From: Candidatus Sericytochromatia bacterium
GTDB taxonomy: Bacteria > Cyanobacteriota > Sericytochromatia > S15B-MN24 > JAQBPE01
Reading direction: 5' to 3'
Assembly (NCBI GenBank): GCA_040400605.1
Contig: JBBAPZ010000004.1
Location: forward strand, 16,721-80,720
Length of the DNA stretch: 64,000 nt
The translations under genes were made by a program, and so were the position numbers. The notes below the pieces were generated by a model, which saw only the letters and a list, made by a program, of their open reading frames with translations, did not search any database and had not been told where the DNA came from. Below, one piece after another: positions 9,460-19,563 of the stretch; positions within the stretch are counted from its first letter, which is position 1, and each line of letters opens with the position of its first letter.

Positions 9460-10650
9460 GTGAGTGAGCTTAAGTCCGTGATTGTTTCTTCGCCAGGCGA
9501 GGTCCCAATTGGGCTGCGCAAACGACCGAAATCCCCGGCACCTGATGTCGGGCGTCAAGAGGCTGCGGTGGTCGGCTGGCGGCAGTTTATGACCGATTAC
9601 ATGAAAATCGGAACGCCTGGAAGGGCGGAGCCTGAAAAAAATGTGCGTTTCAAGACGCACGATATTTTGCGTTCACCCCAGAAAAACGTGATCGCCGAAA
9701 CCACGGCTGCCCGGGCGCACATCGTCGCTCAGCGTGCACGGGAGCAAGTCGCCAACACGCGGTTGGGGGCGCGCGCCAAAGACTATCAGCGACTGGCGGA
9801 TACCTTGCGTGGTGACCCCTTGGCCCGCGATGCCCTGCTGCGGCTGCTGTTGTCGGGAAAGCTGACCAAACCAAGCGGTGCCAAAGGAGAGATGGACCTT
9901 CTTGAACAGTTGGTCGCTTTGAATAAACAGGTTCTCGAGCCTGGCGTATCGCGCGCTGAATTGATTCGTTCCCTCCTGATTGAGATCAATGACCCAACGA
10001 ATCTGAGGCAACAGGACCGGCTGACATGCGCCACCGTTGTGGCCTCGGTGGTTTTGATTCGGAAAAACCCGGTAGAATACGTGCGGTTGGTCGCTGGACT
10101 CGCCAGTCTGTCGGGTTCGGTCAAAACCGTCAGCGGGACCGTTTTGCGCCGCAACAGTGACTGGGCGAACAAAAACGATGGCGGGCGGACACCATCGGTG
10201 CGTCTGTTGCAGCCCGCCTTGATGGACGTCGGTAATTTTTTCCTGAATTACGACAATCGATTTGATAGACACACCCTTGGCAAACCGCATGTATCAGATG
10301 TCAAGCCCAGTCCTTGGAGACGTTGGACCGCCACCCGGAACCCGATGGTCGGTCTGACTCAGCCTGGTATGGCCAAGATTTTGGCGGAAACAACCGGTCA
10401 ACAATATCGCTCGACCTACGTGCTTTCTTCGCTTAACCGAGACTCTATCTGGAGAAACATTGAAACAGCGTTGGCCTCGGGTGATAGCGTGCCCTGTCTT
10501 TTAGCGTGGAAAGGCTCTGGGCATTTTGTTTTATTGGATCGGATTGAGAACGGTCATTGCTATTTTAGCAACCCATCGGGCACGCAGGACCGCATGTCGG
10601 TGGAGGAGTTTCGGCAAATTCTGCGCGGTGCCAGTTGGCCGCGTGCCTGA
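9460..10650 (+). CDS. Hypothetical protein with papain-like (clan CA/C39-like) Cys-His-Asn motifs
   Basis: RQQDRLTCAT, SGHFVLL, YFSNPSG; GTG start after GAGGATGGAG. Confidence 0.55.
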   Translation: MSELKSVIVSSPGEVPIGLRKRPKSPAPDVGRQEAAVVGWRQFMTDYMKIGTPGRAEPEKNVRFKTHDILRSPQKNVIAETTAARAHIVAQRAREQVANTRLGARAKDYQRLADTLRGDPLARDALLRLLLSGKLTKPSGAKGEMDLLEQLVALNKQVLEPGVSRAELIRSLLIEINDPTNLRQQDRLTCATVVASVVLIRKNPVEYVRLVAGLASLSGSVKTVSGTVLRRNSDWANKNDGGRTPSVRLLQPALMDVGNFFLNYDNRFDRHTLGKPHVSDVKPSPWRRWTATRNPMVGLTQPGMAKILAETTGQQYRSTYVLSSLNRDSIWRNIETALASGDSVPCLLAWKGSGHFVLLDRIENGHCYFSNPSGTQDRMSVEEFRQILRGASWPRA

Positions 10651-10731
10651 ATGGCGCATTCATGCGAGTTGCGCGCTAACGGGTATTTGACAGGGCGCGG
10701 CGAACAATCCTGTAAAGCAAGCGCAGCCGTA

Positions 10732-11358
10732 TTATCGGAGGGCATCCGTCATCAGGGCGTGGACGGTGTCGATGCGTGCCTGCTCAGGGGCCAGACACGC
10801 CAAAAATCGGATACGGACAGGCGATCGCCACGCCATCGGCCACTTGCGCATCGCTGGCCCGCCACCCAAACTGAAAAAACTCCCGTAAAGACCGTCCAAC
10901 ACCACCACGACCGTCGGAACCGGACAATTCTGCAAGATGCGTTCGAAGCCGGGTCTCAGTTCCAACGGATAGCCATCCCGGGTCAGTTTGCCTTCCGGAA
11001 ACACGCAAATCCACGCACCCGCTTCGAAGGCCGCCGTCACACGCGTAAAGGCCTCTTCCCGTACCGCACGATCCTCTTTGCCTGTGAGAATGGGGATGAC
11101 ACGGGCCATCTTCAAAAACGGTCTGAATGCGCGGATGTCATAATAGCGTTTGTGGATCACAAACTGCGGTAGCATCTTGAGCGCGTGGCTCAAAAATATC
11201 CAGTCAATCAAACTCACATGATTGGATAAAATCAGCACCGGACCGTTTTCCGGAAGACAAGCTTGTCCCTCCACCTGCACCCGGTAAAGTAATCGCGCGA
11301 CAACCGAGAGCACGCCTTGTATTGCACGCGCCACAGAGGGTAAACGCCTCGGGGTCAT
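10732..11358 (-). CDS. plsC: 1-acyl-sn-glycerol-3-phosphate acyltransferase (PlsC family)
   Basis: NHVSLID and FPEG motifs. Confidence 0.85.
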   Translation of the reverse strand: MTPRRLPSVARAIQGVLSVVARLLYRVQVEGQACLPENGPVLILSNHVSLIDWIFLSHALKMLPQFVIHKRYYDIRAFRPFLKMARVIPILTGKEDRAVREEAFTRVTAAFEAGAWICVFPEGKLTRDGYPLELRPGFERILQNCPVPTVVVVLDGLYGSFFSLGGGPAMRKWPMAWRSPVRIRFLACLAPEQARIDTVHALMTDALR

Positions 11359-12434
11359 TCACACCCGCTCAAACATTCCACCGCCACGAATTCCCGTAGC
11401 ACCGACGTTGCATACGCCCCACGCGGCAAGGCAAATCGCAACCAAATGCCAGCCTCGGCAAGTTCTACCGCCACATGGCTCAACAACACACGACCCTCAC
11501 GTCGTGACCCCAAACATGGTTTGAAATCATCCCGGGTCAGACCCCGCGTTGCAAGCACCCCATCCTCGATGTCACGCGCATCAAACTGGGCTTCGTGATA
11601 CTTTCGCCCCAGCATCGGGCCCGTGGCGCTGATCTCAAAACTCACCGCCCGTGGGTTCTCGCGCGCCGCATCATCCACCAGAAACTTCCCAAACGTCGCG
11701 TGCTTGTGCGCGATATCCCCCTTGATCACCTGGTTCAAGGTTCCCGCCTGCAATCTCGCAGCCACCCAGTCATTAAAAATCAGACTTTGCAAACTGTTGA
11801 TGCACAGCCGATCCAACCACCGCTTGGAACGCCCCTTGCCCTGCCGCAACAAATACAAGCCCCGACGCGCATTGTCGCGATCACGCCCGAAACGCTGCGG
11901 CCCATAATAATTGGGCACACCAACTTGTTGCAACGTTATCAAGGCCGCCTCAATCGCAGCCGCGTCACCAGCATCAAATCCCCTATCATCCGGTGCCCGC
12001 AACAGAATCTTGAAACGATTGCCCAATAACTGCCCTTCCTTGATGCGCGACGCACCCCGCGCGAACGACAAACAACGGAAACGCTCGGAACCTTCCCACG
12101 CTTCGACGGCTGCCTGGCTGACACCTGCTAGCGACAACCACTGGGTGGTTACGGCGCGGCGATCCTTCAAACCGGCATGACCAATCTGCTCCTGCATCAG
12201 ACCAAAATGCTCCGCAAACTGTTTAATCAACTCTTGCGTCGTCAAATCAGACTTTTCAACCTGCACATACAAATGAGTCCCCGCAGGATCGGCTTGCCAG
12301 TCCGGAATCTCATCCACCACAAAGTCGGTTAACTCCTGCTTGATGACAGCCTTCAAAACCCCGCCACCTTGCATGGCACGCGGATAAACCGAAAAATCAA
12401 AAATCAAGTCATCCAAGGTCACACCCAAAGTCAT
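11355..12434 (-). CDS. truD: tRNA pseudouridine(13) synthase
   Basis: DFVVDE, AGLKDRRAVTTQ, GNRF, NYYGPQRFG, LPRGAYAT. Confidence 0.95.
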   Translation of the reverse strand: MTLGVTLDDLIFDFSVYPRAMQGGGVLKAVIKQELTDFVVDEIPDWQADPAGTHLYVQVEKSDLTTQELIKQFAEHFGLMQEQIGHAGLKDRRAVTTQWLSLAGVSQAAVEAWEGSERFRCLSFARGASRIKEGQLLGNRFKILLRAPDDRGFDAGDAAAIEAALITLQQVGVPNYYGPQRFGRDRDNARRGLYLLRQGKGRSKRWLDRLCINSLQSLIFNDWVAARLQAGTLNQVIKGDIAHKHATFGKFLVDDAARENPRAVSFEISATGPMLGRKYHEAQFDARDIEDGVLATRGLTRDDFKPCLGSRREGRVLLSHVAVELAEAGIWLRFALPRGAYATSVLREFVAVECLSGCE

Positions 12435-13101
12435 TCCCAAACCACCCAGTCAAAAGAGTCGCCCAACACGCAACGGAACCCTCGGTTTCGCGAAACAGAC
12501 AACAACCATCTGATCATGACGCAAGGGTTAGTGGATCAAAACCAAGTGCCACAACCTGCACAACGACAACGAACAATCCGCTAATCTGATACCAGGAAAG
12601 CCATCCGCCGAAACCATTTTAAATCAAAAAGCCTCAGAACCGGTCGCTGTATCAGGTCAAACCATCGACCGCTTTGACCCGATGTAGCGACCCAATGAGT
12701 ATCACCCTGAGCAACTGTCAGTCTTGACTGTCACCGCACGCGCTTTAGAATACACCATCTCGGGCTTAATGTGTGCTTAACGCGCCCTGGTAACAATGGC
12801 GCAGCGCGCCCAACATACGAATCACGACAACCGATGTTCAGCCTTGAATTGTTGCCGTTTACTGTTGCGATATCGTGTATGTCGCCTGGTTCTGTTCGTG
12901 TACTTCCCACAGTGACTACAGCCACGTTTGTTGGTGCCGTCATCGTCGTTCTGACCGGCAGGCTTTCCGAACCTCAATCGACGGCCAAGCAATTGTTACA
13001 AGAATGGGTGTATTCAGGTCAAATGGTTATCACCCTTTACAATATTCCAAGATCTGTCGGGTTTCGGGATGTGTGTCACGTCGGTTTGGAGGGTTGGTTC
13101 C

Positions 13102-13593
13102 TTGGATGAGCAACAATTAAACGATGCGGGATTGGGTTGGCTGGTTACTGCTGGGGTTAATACTTTGGCTGATTATCTCGGTATCCGTCTGCTCGAAGCG
13201 GGGCCTGAGTGCGTGCGGGCCGAGATGCCGGTTGTCAGGCATGTGATGCAGCCCTTTGGTGTTTTGCATGGCGGCGCGACGGTTGCGCTCGCAGAAACGG
13301 TTGCAAGCATCGGCGGGTGTTTGAATGTAAACATTGAAACGCATGTGGCCGTGGGGCTTGAGATTAATGCCAATCACCTGAGGCCCAAGACTGGCGGCAT
13401 CATCACGGCAAGCGCCACGCCGATTCACCGGGGCAGCCGCACACAGGTCTGGGACATCCGCATCGCGGATGAAGCAGGATTGCCCGTTGCGATCGCCCGT
13501 TGCACCCTGGCTGTCATCCCCAAACCAGCCGACTCGGCGGAGCGCCATCACGTTGGAGAACGGTCTCTAATTAGTGACAATTCGCCTGTGTGA
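13102..13593 (+). CDS. menI: Hotdog-fold thioesterase, probable DHNA-CoA hydrolase (MenI/YdiI family)
   Basis: QPFGVLHGGAxxALAET, GLEINANH; convergent on the men operon; TTG start after GGAGGG. Confidence 0.8.
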   Translation: MDEQQLNDAGLGWLVTAGVNTLADYLGIRLLEAGPECVRAEMPVVRHVMQPFGVLHGGATVALAETVASIGGCLNVNIETHVAVGLEINANHLRPKTGGIITASATPIHRGSRTQVWDIRIADEAGLPVAIARCTLAVIPKPADSAERHHVGERSLISDNSPV

Positions 13594-13832
13594 ACCGGAA
13601 AGTTTTAACGACGGCTTTAAGGATTGACTCCCAACATGTCGTGAAGCGAATCACTGAAAGATTGCCGGACTAAACGTGGTTGTACAACGTCGGATGGCGC
13701 CGCTTGAGACCAATCTTGACACGGTTTGTCCATCAGCACAGTTTTTGAAGCACCAAGGAATATCAGACGACGGGCTGCTTCTCCTCCGTTGTCAGTCTTT
13801 TCTATCGTTTACAACGCGGTACAGCCATCAGA

Positions 13833-14396
13833 TTATGGTTTGCGCACCAGCACCCGGTTCAAGGCGCGCAAGGTTTTGAGCAGGCCTGATTGGACGTCGG
13901 TGGCAATGGGTTCTCTGAGCATTTTTTCACCGAGGGTCAAAAATTCCGTAAACAGGACTTGGCCGAGCTCGGAGAGTGTGATGAGGGTATCAAGCTGTGT
14001 GATGGCAACGGCATCCTGGGCGGGGTCAAGGCGTGTTCGAACGTCTTTGAGCACGTCGAGCATCGTGCCCAGTTGGTAGAGTTCGCGTTCCCGCAGCACT
14101 TTTAGAATGGGGCGCCCGATGTTCGATTCGGCCACGTAGTATTCCCTGCGATCGCCCGGGTGTGAATGGCGCTTGAGCACCCCCCAATGCTGCAATTCCG
14201 CAAGCGACATGCTGACCAGGCCGCTCGAAACCCCCAAGCCTTCCTTGATGTCTCGCGCGGTGACCGGTTCGCCCTTCAAAAACACGAAAGTCCAGATCAT
14301 GCCAAGCACACGCTTGAAGCCCCACAACTCCATCAACTCGCCCACCGCTTCGCAGGCTTGGTACAAATGGGGCGGCAACGGGGGCGTTTCAGACAT
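13833..14396 (-). CDS. GbsR/MarR-family winged-helix transcriptional regulator
   Basis: ELWGFKRVLGMIW, GVSSGLVSMSLAELQHWG, GDRREYY; last gene of men operon. Confidence 0.85.
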   Translation of the reverse strand: MSETPPLPPHLYQACEAVGELMELWGFKRVLGMIWTFVFLKGEPVTARDIKEGLGVSSGLVSMSLAELQHWGVLKRHSHPGDRREYYVAESNIGRPILKVLRERELYQLGTMLDVLKDVRTRLDPAQDAVAITQLDTLITLSELGQVLFTEFLTLGEKMLREPIATDVQSGLLKTLRALNRVLVRKP

Positions 14397-14424
14397 GGCA
14401 CGGCCTCCAACTGATGTGTTCATC

Positions 14425-15861
14425 TTAATTGATTTCCCCTACTGTGGAATTTTTTTTGATCAACACGCGGTCTAATTTTCCATTTCCCAAACGCGGGAGG
14501 TCGTCAACAATATGGATACGATCCGGACATTTGAATGCAGCCAGGTGTTGCGTCAGCCACGCCCGCAAGGCAGCCTCGCCCGCGAACACATTTGTCACGC
14601 CAAGCCACGCCACCGGCCGTTGGCCCCACCGATGATGCGCGATGCCAACAACCGCCGCTTCCCGAACGCCCGGAAAGGTCCGCAATACGCGCTCGACCTC
14701 TGCGGGATAAATGTTTTCACCACCGGAGACGATGAGATCATCGCGCCTCGCGTGCACAACGAGGTTGCCGGCCTGATCCAGGTGTCCAAGATCGCCCGTG
14801 ATTAACCAACCGCTTTGCGGGGCTTCGCCCAGATAACCAGCAAAGACGCCCGGTCCCTCGATGGCAATCAATCCCGCTGTTTCCGCCTGTTGCACCGCGC
14901 CTGCTTCATTCACGATGCGTACGGCGGTACTGGGCAGGGCACAACCACTGTGACGCAGTGCCTGACCCCGTTCGGAAAGTTTGGCGATGGTGACTGCCGC
15001 GCACGCTTCGGTGAGGCCATAGCTTGGGAGCGCGAAGGGACAGCGTGCCAGCAAGGCAGGATCGACCGCCGCGCCTCCCACCAATACCACGCGTAATAAC
15101 GGTGGCCAGGGGCGATCGCCTGTGGCATCCACCAAATCCTGCAACATCGTCGGAACGATCGACGCAACCGTGACGGCTTGCTGGTGCCACCCCGCCAGCA
15201 CTTCGGTCGCATCGAAACGCTCGGCCATCACAAATGCCGCGCGCGCCAACAGACACCGAAAGACGATGCTTAACCCACCCACGTGATACAAGGGGATACC
15301 AAGCCACCAGCGATCGCCTGCGCCCAAAGCCAGCTGCCCATTCACGGCTCGCGCTGCACGCACAGCCGTTGCAACCGGAATCCGCGCAATCTTGGGTCGT
15401 CCCGTTGTTCCAGACGTCGCAAGCCAAATTTCAGGCGCCCCCATCTTTGCCAATTTGGCTTGAGTCCCCAAGCGCTGCAAACCAGGTGGGTCACCGGGGA
15501 AGGTCCACTGCCAGTGCGCACTCGCACGCATCAAGACATCCGTGCATTCCGCTTCAGTCCACCGCGTGGAAAGGGCGAGGGTGTGGAGTCCATGCCGATG
15601 GCACGCCAACAAGGCGGCCACCCAATCCACGCCATTGGGCCCTTTGAGTGCCACGACCTCACCTGAACTCACCCCTTGCGCAACCAGGTGTCGATAAAAC
15701 GTCTCAATGCGTTCATACAAAGCCCCAGCCGTCAGCGGGTTGCCTTGTGGGTCAATCATCAGAACCTGTGACGGGTCGGACGCAGCCAACGCGTGGATGT
15801 GGTCAGCCAGCGTCAATGAGTCCATTTTTGTCGAGTCACTGTGGTTGGATGGGGTTAGCAT
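14425..15861 (-). CDS. menE: o-succinylbenzoate--CoA ligase
   Basis: TSGTTGRPK, PLYHVGGL, YGLTE, TGDLG, SGGENIYP, GKLDR. Confidence 0.9.
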   Translation of the reverse strand: MLTPSNHSDSTKMDSLTLADHIHALAASDPSQVLMIDPQGNPLTAGALYERIETFYRHLVAQGVSSGEVVALKGPNGVDWVAALLACHRHGLHTLALSTRWTEAECTDVLMRASAHWQWTFPGDPPGLQRLGTQAKLAKMGAPEIWLATSGTTGRPKIARIPVATAVRAARAVNGQLALGAGDRWWLGIPLYHVGGLSIVFRCLLARAAFVMAERFDATEVLAGWHQQAVTVASIVPTMLQDLVDATGDRPWPPLLRVVLVGGAAVDPALLARCPFALPSYGLTEACAAVTIAKLSERGQALRHSGCALPSTAVRIVNEAGAVQQAETAGLIAIEGPGVFAGYLGEAPQSGWLITGDLGHLDQAGNLVVHARRDDLIVSGGENIYPAEVERVLRTFPGVREAAVVGIAHHRWGQRPVAWLGVTNVFAGEAALRAWLTQHLAAFKCPDRIHIVDDLPRLGNGKLDRVLIKKNSTVGEIN

Positions 15862-16985
15862 GTCGCTGCCTCCGGGCGCCAAGTGGCTAAATCCGCAGGC
15901 AGGTGATTCACACCGAGACCGTACCCCTTAGTCGGGGTCAAGACTGGCCCCTGAGCGGTTAACGGTGGATTTGGCCACGTATCATTCAGCCACGCGGTTG
16001 TGCCCAAGCCGCAGGGTGCCGGATGCTCCGTCGTGCTCAGTGCGTGCAAGATTCCCAGCGACGCGATGCCGCGATCCAGCGCCGAGGTCATGACAACGGT
16101 AGTATGGTTGGCTTGACACGCCCGCACAATCGCCAAGGCGCGCAAGAGGCCGCCGTGCACGCCCGGCTTGAGCACGAGTGCCGTCACGCCCGCTTGGATG
16201 AGGCGTTGGGGAGCATCGGCTCCGGCGCCCAAGGCTTCATCCGCGGCAACTGGCACACCCGAGGCTTCCTGCACGATGCGCAGGCCTTCAAAGTCGGTTG
16301 CCGCCACCGGCTGTTCGACGTAAGCGATGTCATAGGGTGCGAAGCGTTTGAGGTTGGCGATCGCATCGGGACGCGACCACGTCCCATTGGCGTCCAGCCG
16401 CAGCCGCGCACAAGGCCCCAATACTTGACGCAAACTGGCAACCCGCGCCACGTCCTCCTCATTGGAGAGATACCCCACCTTCAGTTTGAAGCATTTAAAA
16501 CCGTCTTTGGCATACGCGCGTGCCACCGTGCTCAGTTCGTCCGGGGTGTTTCCTGCAAGCAATGCATTCATGGTCACAGGCGCTGGCTGGACGGCACCCA
16601 ATAAACGATACAACGGGACACCTTCCGCTTTGGCGCAATAATCCAGCAAGGCCAGTTCGAGGCCGGCCCAAAGGGCTGGGGAAACCCCGGCTTGGATGCC
16701 AAAAACCTGTTGACAGGCCTTCGACCATTCATCCACGTTCGTGAACCCTGGCCACGCCGGGAGGTCAAAGGTCCGTGAGGCAAGCGTGTTCAAAGCTTCC
16801 TGGCATTGGGAGAACGACTCTGAACCCCACGGGGGCAAAGGGGTCACTTCACCCAGTCCGCTCAGGCCTGAGCGATCCCTGAGGGCAATCCACCACCCCT
16901 CACGCGTGTGCCAGGTTTGCCCCGCCGTGCGCAAGGGCTGTTTAAATGACACGTGGTAAGGCAAATGGTGGCAAACGAGGCGCAT
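15855..16985 (-). CDS. menC: o-succinylbenzoate synthase (enolase superfamily)
   Basis: KLKVG, LRLDAN, EQP, ADE, LKP; ATG overlaps menA stop (ORF-track 663 aa is over-extended). Confidence 0.9.
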   Translation of the reverse strand: MRLVCHHLPYHVSFKQPLRTAGQTWHTREGWWIALRDRSGLSGLGEVTPLPPWGSESFSQCQEALNTLASRTFDLPAWPGFTNVDEWSKACQQVFGIQAGVSPALWAGLELALLDYCAKAEGVPLYRLLGAVQPAPVTMNALLAGNTPDELSTVARAYAKDGFKCFKLKVGYLSNEEDVARVASLRQVLGPCARLRLDANGTWSRPDAIANLKRFAPYDIAYVEQPVAATDFEGLRIVQEASGVPVAADEALGAGADAPQRLIQAGVTALVLKPGVHGGLLRALAIVRACQANHTTVVMTSALDRGIASLGILHALSTTEHPAPCGLGTTAWLNDTWPNPPLTAQGPVLTPTKGYGLGVNHLPADLATWRPEAATC

Positions 16986-17863
16986 CACAACGCGACCCCC
17001 AAGGCCAACAGGCTCCCGGCAACCAGTGTCAGGCGCGCCGTTTGACCGAGTGCCTGATTGAGGCGCGGTCCGTCGATGGGCGCAAACACCGCTTGTGTGG
17101 GGGCGATGGTGAGCGGTATAGCAACCAACACAAGCAAGGCTTTGGCATCCAGCAAGCCAGCCGCCACCAGGGCGCAGGGAATGGCAAAGCCACTGGTTAT
17201 CAACGTGCCATAGAGGAGGCGTCCGAAGCGAACGCCAAAGCGCACGACCAGGGTGCGCTTGCCGCAATCCGCGTCGCTGTGGTGATCCCGCAAATTGTTG
17301 ACGAGCATGATCGCAGCCACCCACAAACCCACAGGACACGATAACCCCAGCGTCAGGGGCGTGATGGCAACCAGTTGCGCCTGCAAGGTGCCAAGTACGG
17401 CGATCGGACCGAAAAACGCGAAAGCACATACTTCGCCCAACCCACGATAAGCCAACTTGAATGGGGTCATCGTGTAGGCGATGGCTGTTAGCATTGCAAC
17501 AAGCCCGATGATCAAAATGGGATATCCCCCTTGCGCGATGAGGTAGACACCGCAGCCCGCCGCCAAAACCAGGGTCCAGGCAGTGGCCTTGATGACAGCC
17601 TGCGGGGAGGCGAGCCCTGCCTGGGTCACCCGCACGGGACCCAGGCGTTCGTGCGTGTCCGCACCTTGCCGCCAGTCGAAGTAATCGTTGGCGAAGTTGG
17701 CGGCAATTTGCAGCAACACGGCGCATAGCAGGGCGCAAATCACAACTGTGGGGTTGAGTGCGCCGAGGTCTGCGGCGATCGCCCCCCCCAGCAAAACAGG
17801 CACCACCGCGGCACTCAGTGTTCGCGGCCGGGCAGCTTGCACCCAAACACCAATCCCTGTCAT
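16985..17863 (-). CDS. menA: 1,4-dihydroxy-2-naphthoate polyprenyltransferase
   Basis: ARPRTL, NFANDYFD..GAD, LAYRGLGE, NNLRD..D..GKRTL. Confidence 0.95.
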   Translation of the reverse strand: MTGIGVWVQAARPRTLSAAVVPVLLGGAIAADLGALNPTVVICALLCAVLLQIAANFANDYFDWRQGADTHERLGPVRVTQAGLASPQAVIKATAWTLVLAAGCGVYLIAQGGYPILIIGLVAMLTAIAYTMTPFKLAYRGLGEVCAFAFFGPIAVLGTLQAQLVAITPLTLGLSCPVGLWVAAIMLVNNLRDHHSDADCGKRTLVVRFGVRFGRLLYGTLITSGFAIPCALVAAGLLDAKALLVLVAIPLTIAPTQAVFAPIDGPRLNQALGQTARLTLVAGSLLALGVAL

Positions 17864-17864
17864 C

Positions 17865-18710
17865 CTACGGCCTCCGGGGAAACCGGGAGAAATTGGGCTT
17901 GCGCTTCTGCACATAAGCGTTACGGCCTTCTTGCGCCTCTTCGCTCATGTAATAAAGCAAGGTCGCATTCCCTGCGAGTTCCTGCAACCCGGCTTGCCCA
18001 TCCGTACCCGCATTGAAGGCGGACTTGAGACAACGCAAGGCCAAGGGCGACATCTGCAACATCTCCTGACACCACCGAACCGTTTCCTCTTCCAGTTCTG
18101 CAAGCGGCACCACCGTGTTGACAAGCCCCATGGCCAAGGCCTGTTGCGCATCATACTGCCGACACAAAAACCAGATTTCCTTGGCTTTTTTGGGACCGAC
18201 CATTTCTGCGAGGTAACTCGCGCCGAAGCCGCCGTCAAACGAGCCCACCTTGGGGCCGGTCTGGCCAAAGCGTGCGTTGTCAGCGGCGATCGTCAGATCA
18301 CACACCACATGCAACACATGCCCGCCACCGATGGCGTAGCCCGCAACCATCGCCACGACCGGCTTCGGCAACGAACGAATCTGTTTTTGGAGGTCCAACA
18401 CATTCAAGCGGGGCACGCCATCCAACCCCACGTATCCGTCATCGCCCCGCACGCGCTGATCCCCACCGGAACAAAAGGCATCGGGCCCTTCGCCGGTCAG
18501 GATCACGACCCCCACGGATTGATCCTCCCGCGCCTCCACAAACGCATGGCACAACTCCTGTACCGTCAAAGGACGAAAGGCGTTCCGCACCTGCGGCCGG
18601 TTGATCGTAATCTTTGCGATCCCCTCATAGACCTCATAACGGATATCCGTATAGTCGCGCTTTTTCTGCCAAGACGCCGCCGAACGAATTACCGGACTCT
18701 CAACACCCAT
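17865..18710 (-). CDS. menB: 1,4-dihydroxy-2-naphthoyl-CoA synthase
   Basis: [38 protein letters not shown]. Confidence 0.97.
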   Translation of the reverse strand: MGVESPVIRSAASWQKKRDYTDIRYEVYEGIAKITINRPQVRNAFRPLTVQELCHAFVEAREDQSVGVVILTGEGPDAFCSGGDQRVRGDDGYVGLDGVPRLNVLDLQKQIRSLPKPVVAMVAGYAIGGGHVLHVVCDLTIAADNARFGQTGPKVGSFDGGFGASYLAEMVGPKKAKEIWFLCRQYDAQQALAMGLVNTVVPLAELEEETVRWCQEMLQMSPLALRCLKSAFNAGTDGQAGLQELAGNATLLYYMSEEAQEGRNAYVQKRKPNFSRFPRRP

Positions 18711-18727
18711 GGGTCATCCTCCTTTAT

Positions 18728-19552
18728 CTAAATCAGTGAGCCAAGCATCACTTGCGCCAACTCGTTCGGTGTCTCCAAAGGCACGTTGTGTGCCACCCCG
18801 TCCAAAACGTGCAAGCGACTCGCACGCATCTCATCCCGCATGGTTTCGCCCCAGGTCACATAACGCGCATCGTTTGCACCCACCACGAGTTCGGTTGGCA
18901 AAAGACATTGTGACAAGGCAGGGCCGACATACGGTTCACGGCCGGGGCTGAAGGCTGCGATCGCCTGTGCGAGTCCTTCCGGGTCCTGCGCGAGCCGCAG
19001 TTCACGCCACCACGCACGCTGAACATCATCGAGCGATCGCCCCCCATTAAACAGGGCTTGCTCATCCCATTGTGCGATAAATCCTGCCATGCCCTCTTCA
19101 CGCAATAAATCAGCCCAACGACCATCCCGTTCCCGCCGTTCATCCCGTTCTGTGGCACCTGCCACACCCGGCGAAGTCGAGACGAGCATCAGGTGCCCCA
19201 CACCCTCGGGATACCCCAAAGCCAGTTGCAGCGCCAGCCTGCCACCCAGTGAGTAACCAATGAGCGTCACAGGCCCCAAAGCAAGCGTTTGCAGCATCAC
19301 AGCCAAGGCCTTGGCGACATCTTGAAGCGTGAGACCCTGCTTGGGCCAGGCGCTGCCCCCATGTCCCGGTAAATCAACCCCAATGTAACACCGGTTTAAA
19401 GGCAAGTGCTTCACAACCGGCTCCCACGCAGCCGCTGATCCCGCAAAGCCATGCAACAGAATCCAAACGGGTGCCGATCCCGCGGCTGCACCCCACCAGC
19501 GGGTCTGCAGTCGCAAACCGCACGCTTCCCACACGCCTTGTTGTTGCTTCAT
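18728..19552 (-). CDS. menH: SHCHC synthase (alpha/beta hydrolase)
   Basis: LLHGF, DLPGHG, GYSLGGR; located between menD and menB. Confidence 0.88.
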   Translation of the reverse strand: MKQQQGVWEACGLRLQTRWWGAAAGSAPVWILLHGFAGSAAAWEPVVKHLPLNRCYIGVDLPGHGGSAWPKQGLTLQDVAKALAVMLQTLALGPVTLIGYSLGGRLALQLALGYPEGVGHLMLVSTSPGVAGATERDERRERDGRWADLLREEGMAGFIAQWDEQALFNGGRSLDDVQRAWWRELRLAQDPEGLAQAIAAFSPGREPYVGPALSQCLLPTELVVGANDARYVTWGETMRDEMRASRLHVLDGVAHNVPLETPNELAQVMLGSLI

Positions 19553-19563
19553 CACCTCACCAC

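Noticed and set aside
12771..13109. 112-aa ORF in the truD-menI gap, and similar short ORFs at 26688 and 60529
   Set aside because: No convincing combination of RBS, coding-like composition and motifs
16986..17846. 663-aa ORF suggesting a long N-terminal extension or fusion on menC
   Set aside because: The extension is an alternative frame overlapping menA; the real menC ATG overlaps the menA stop
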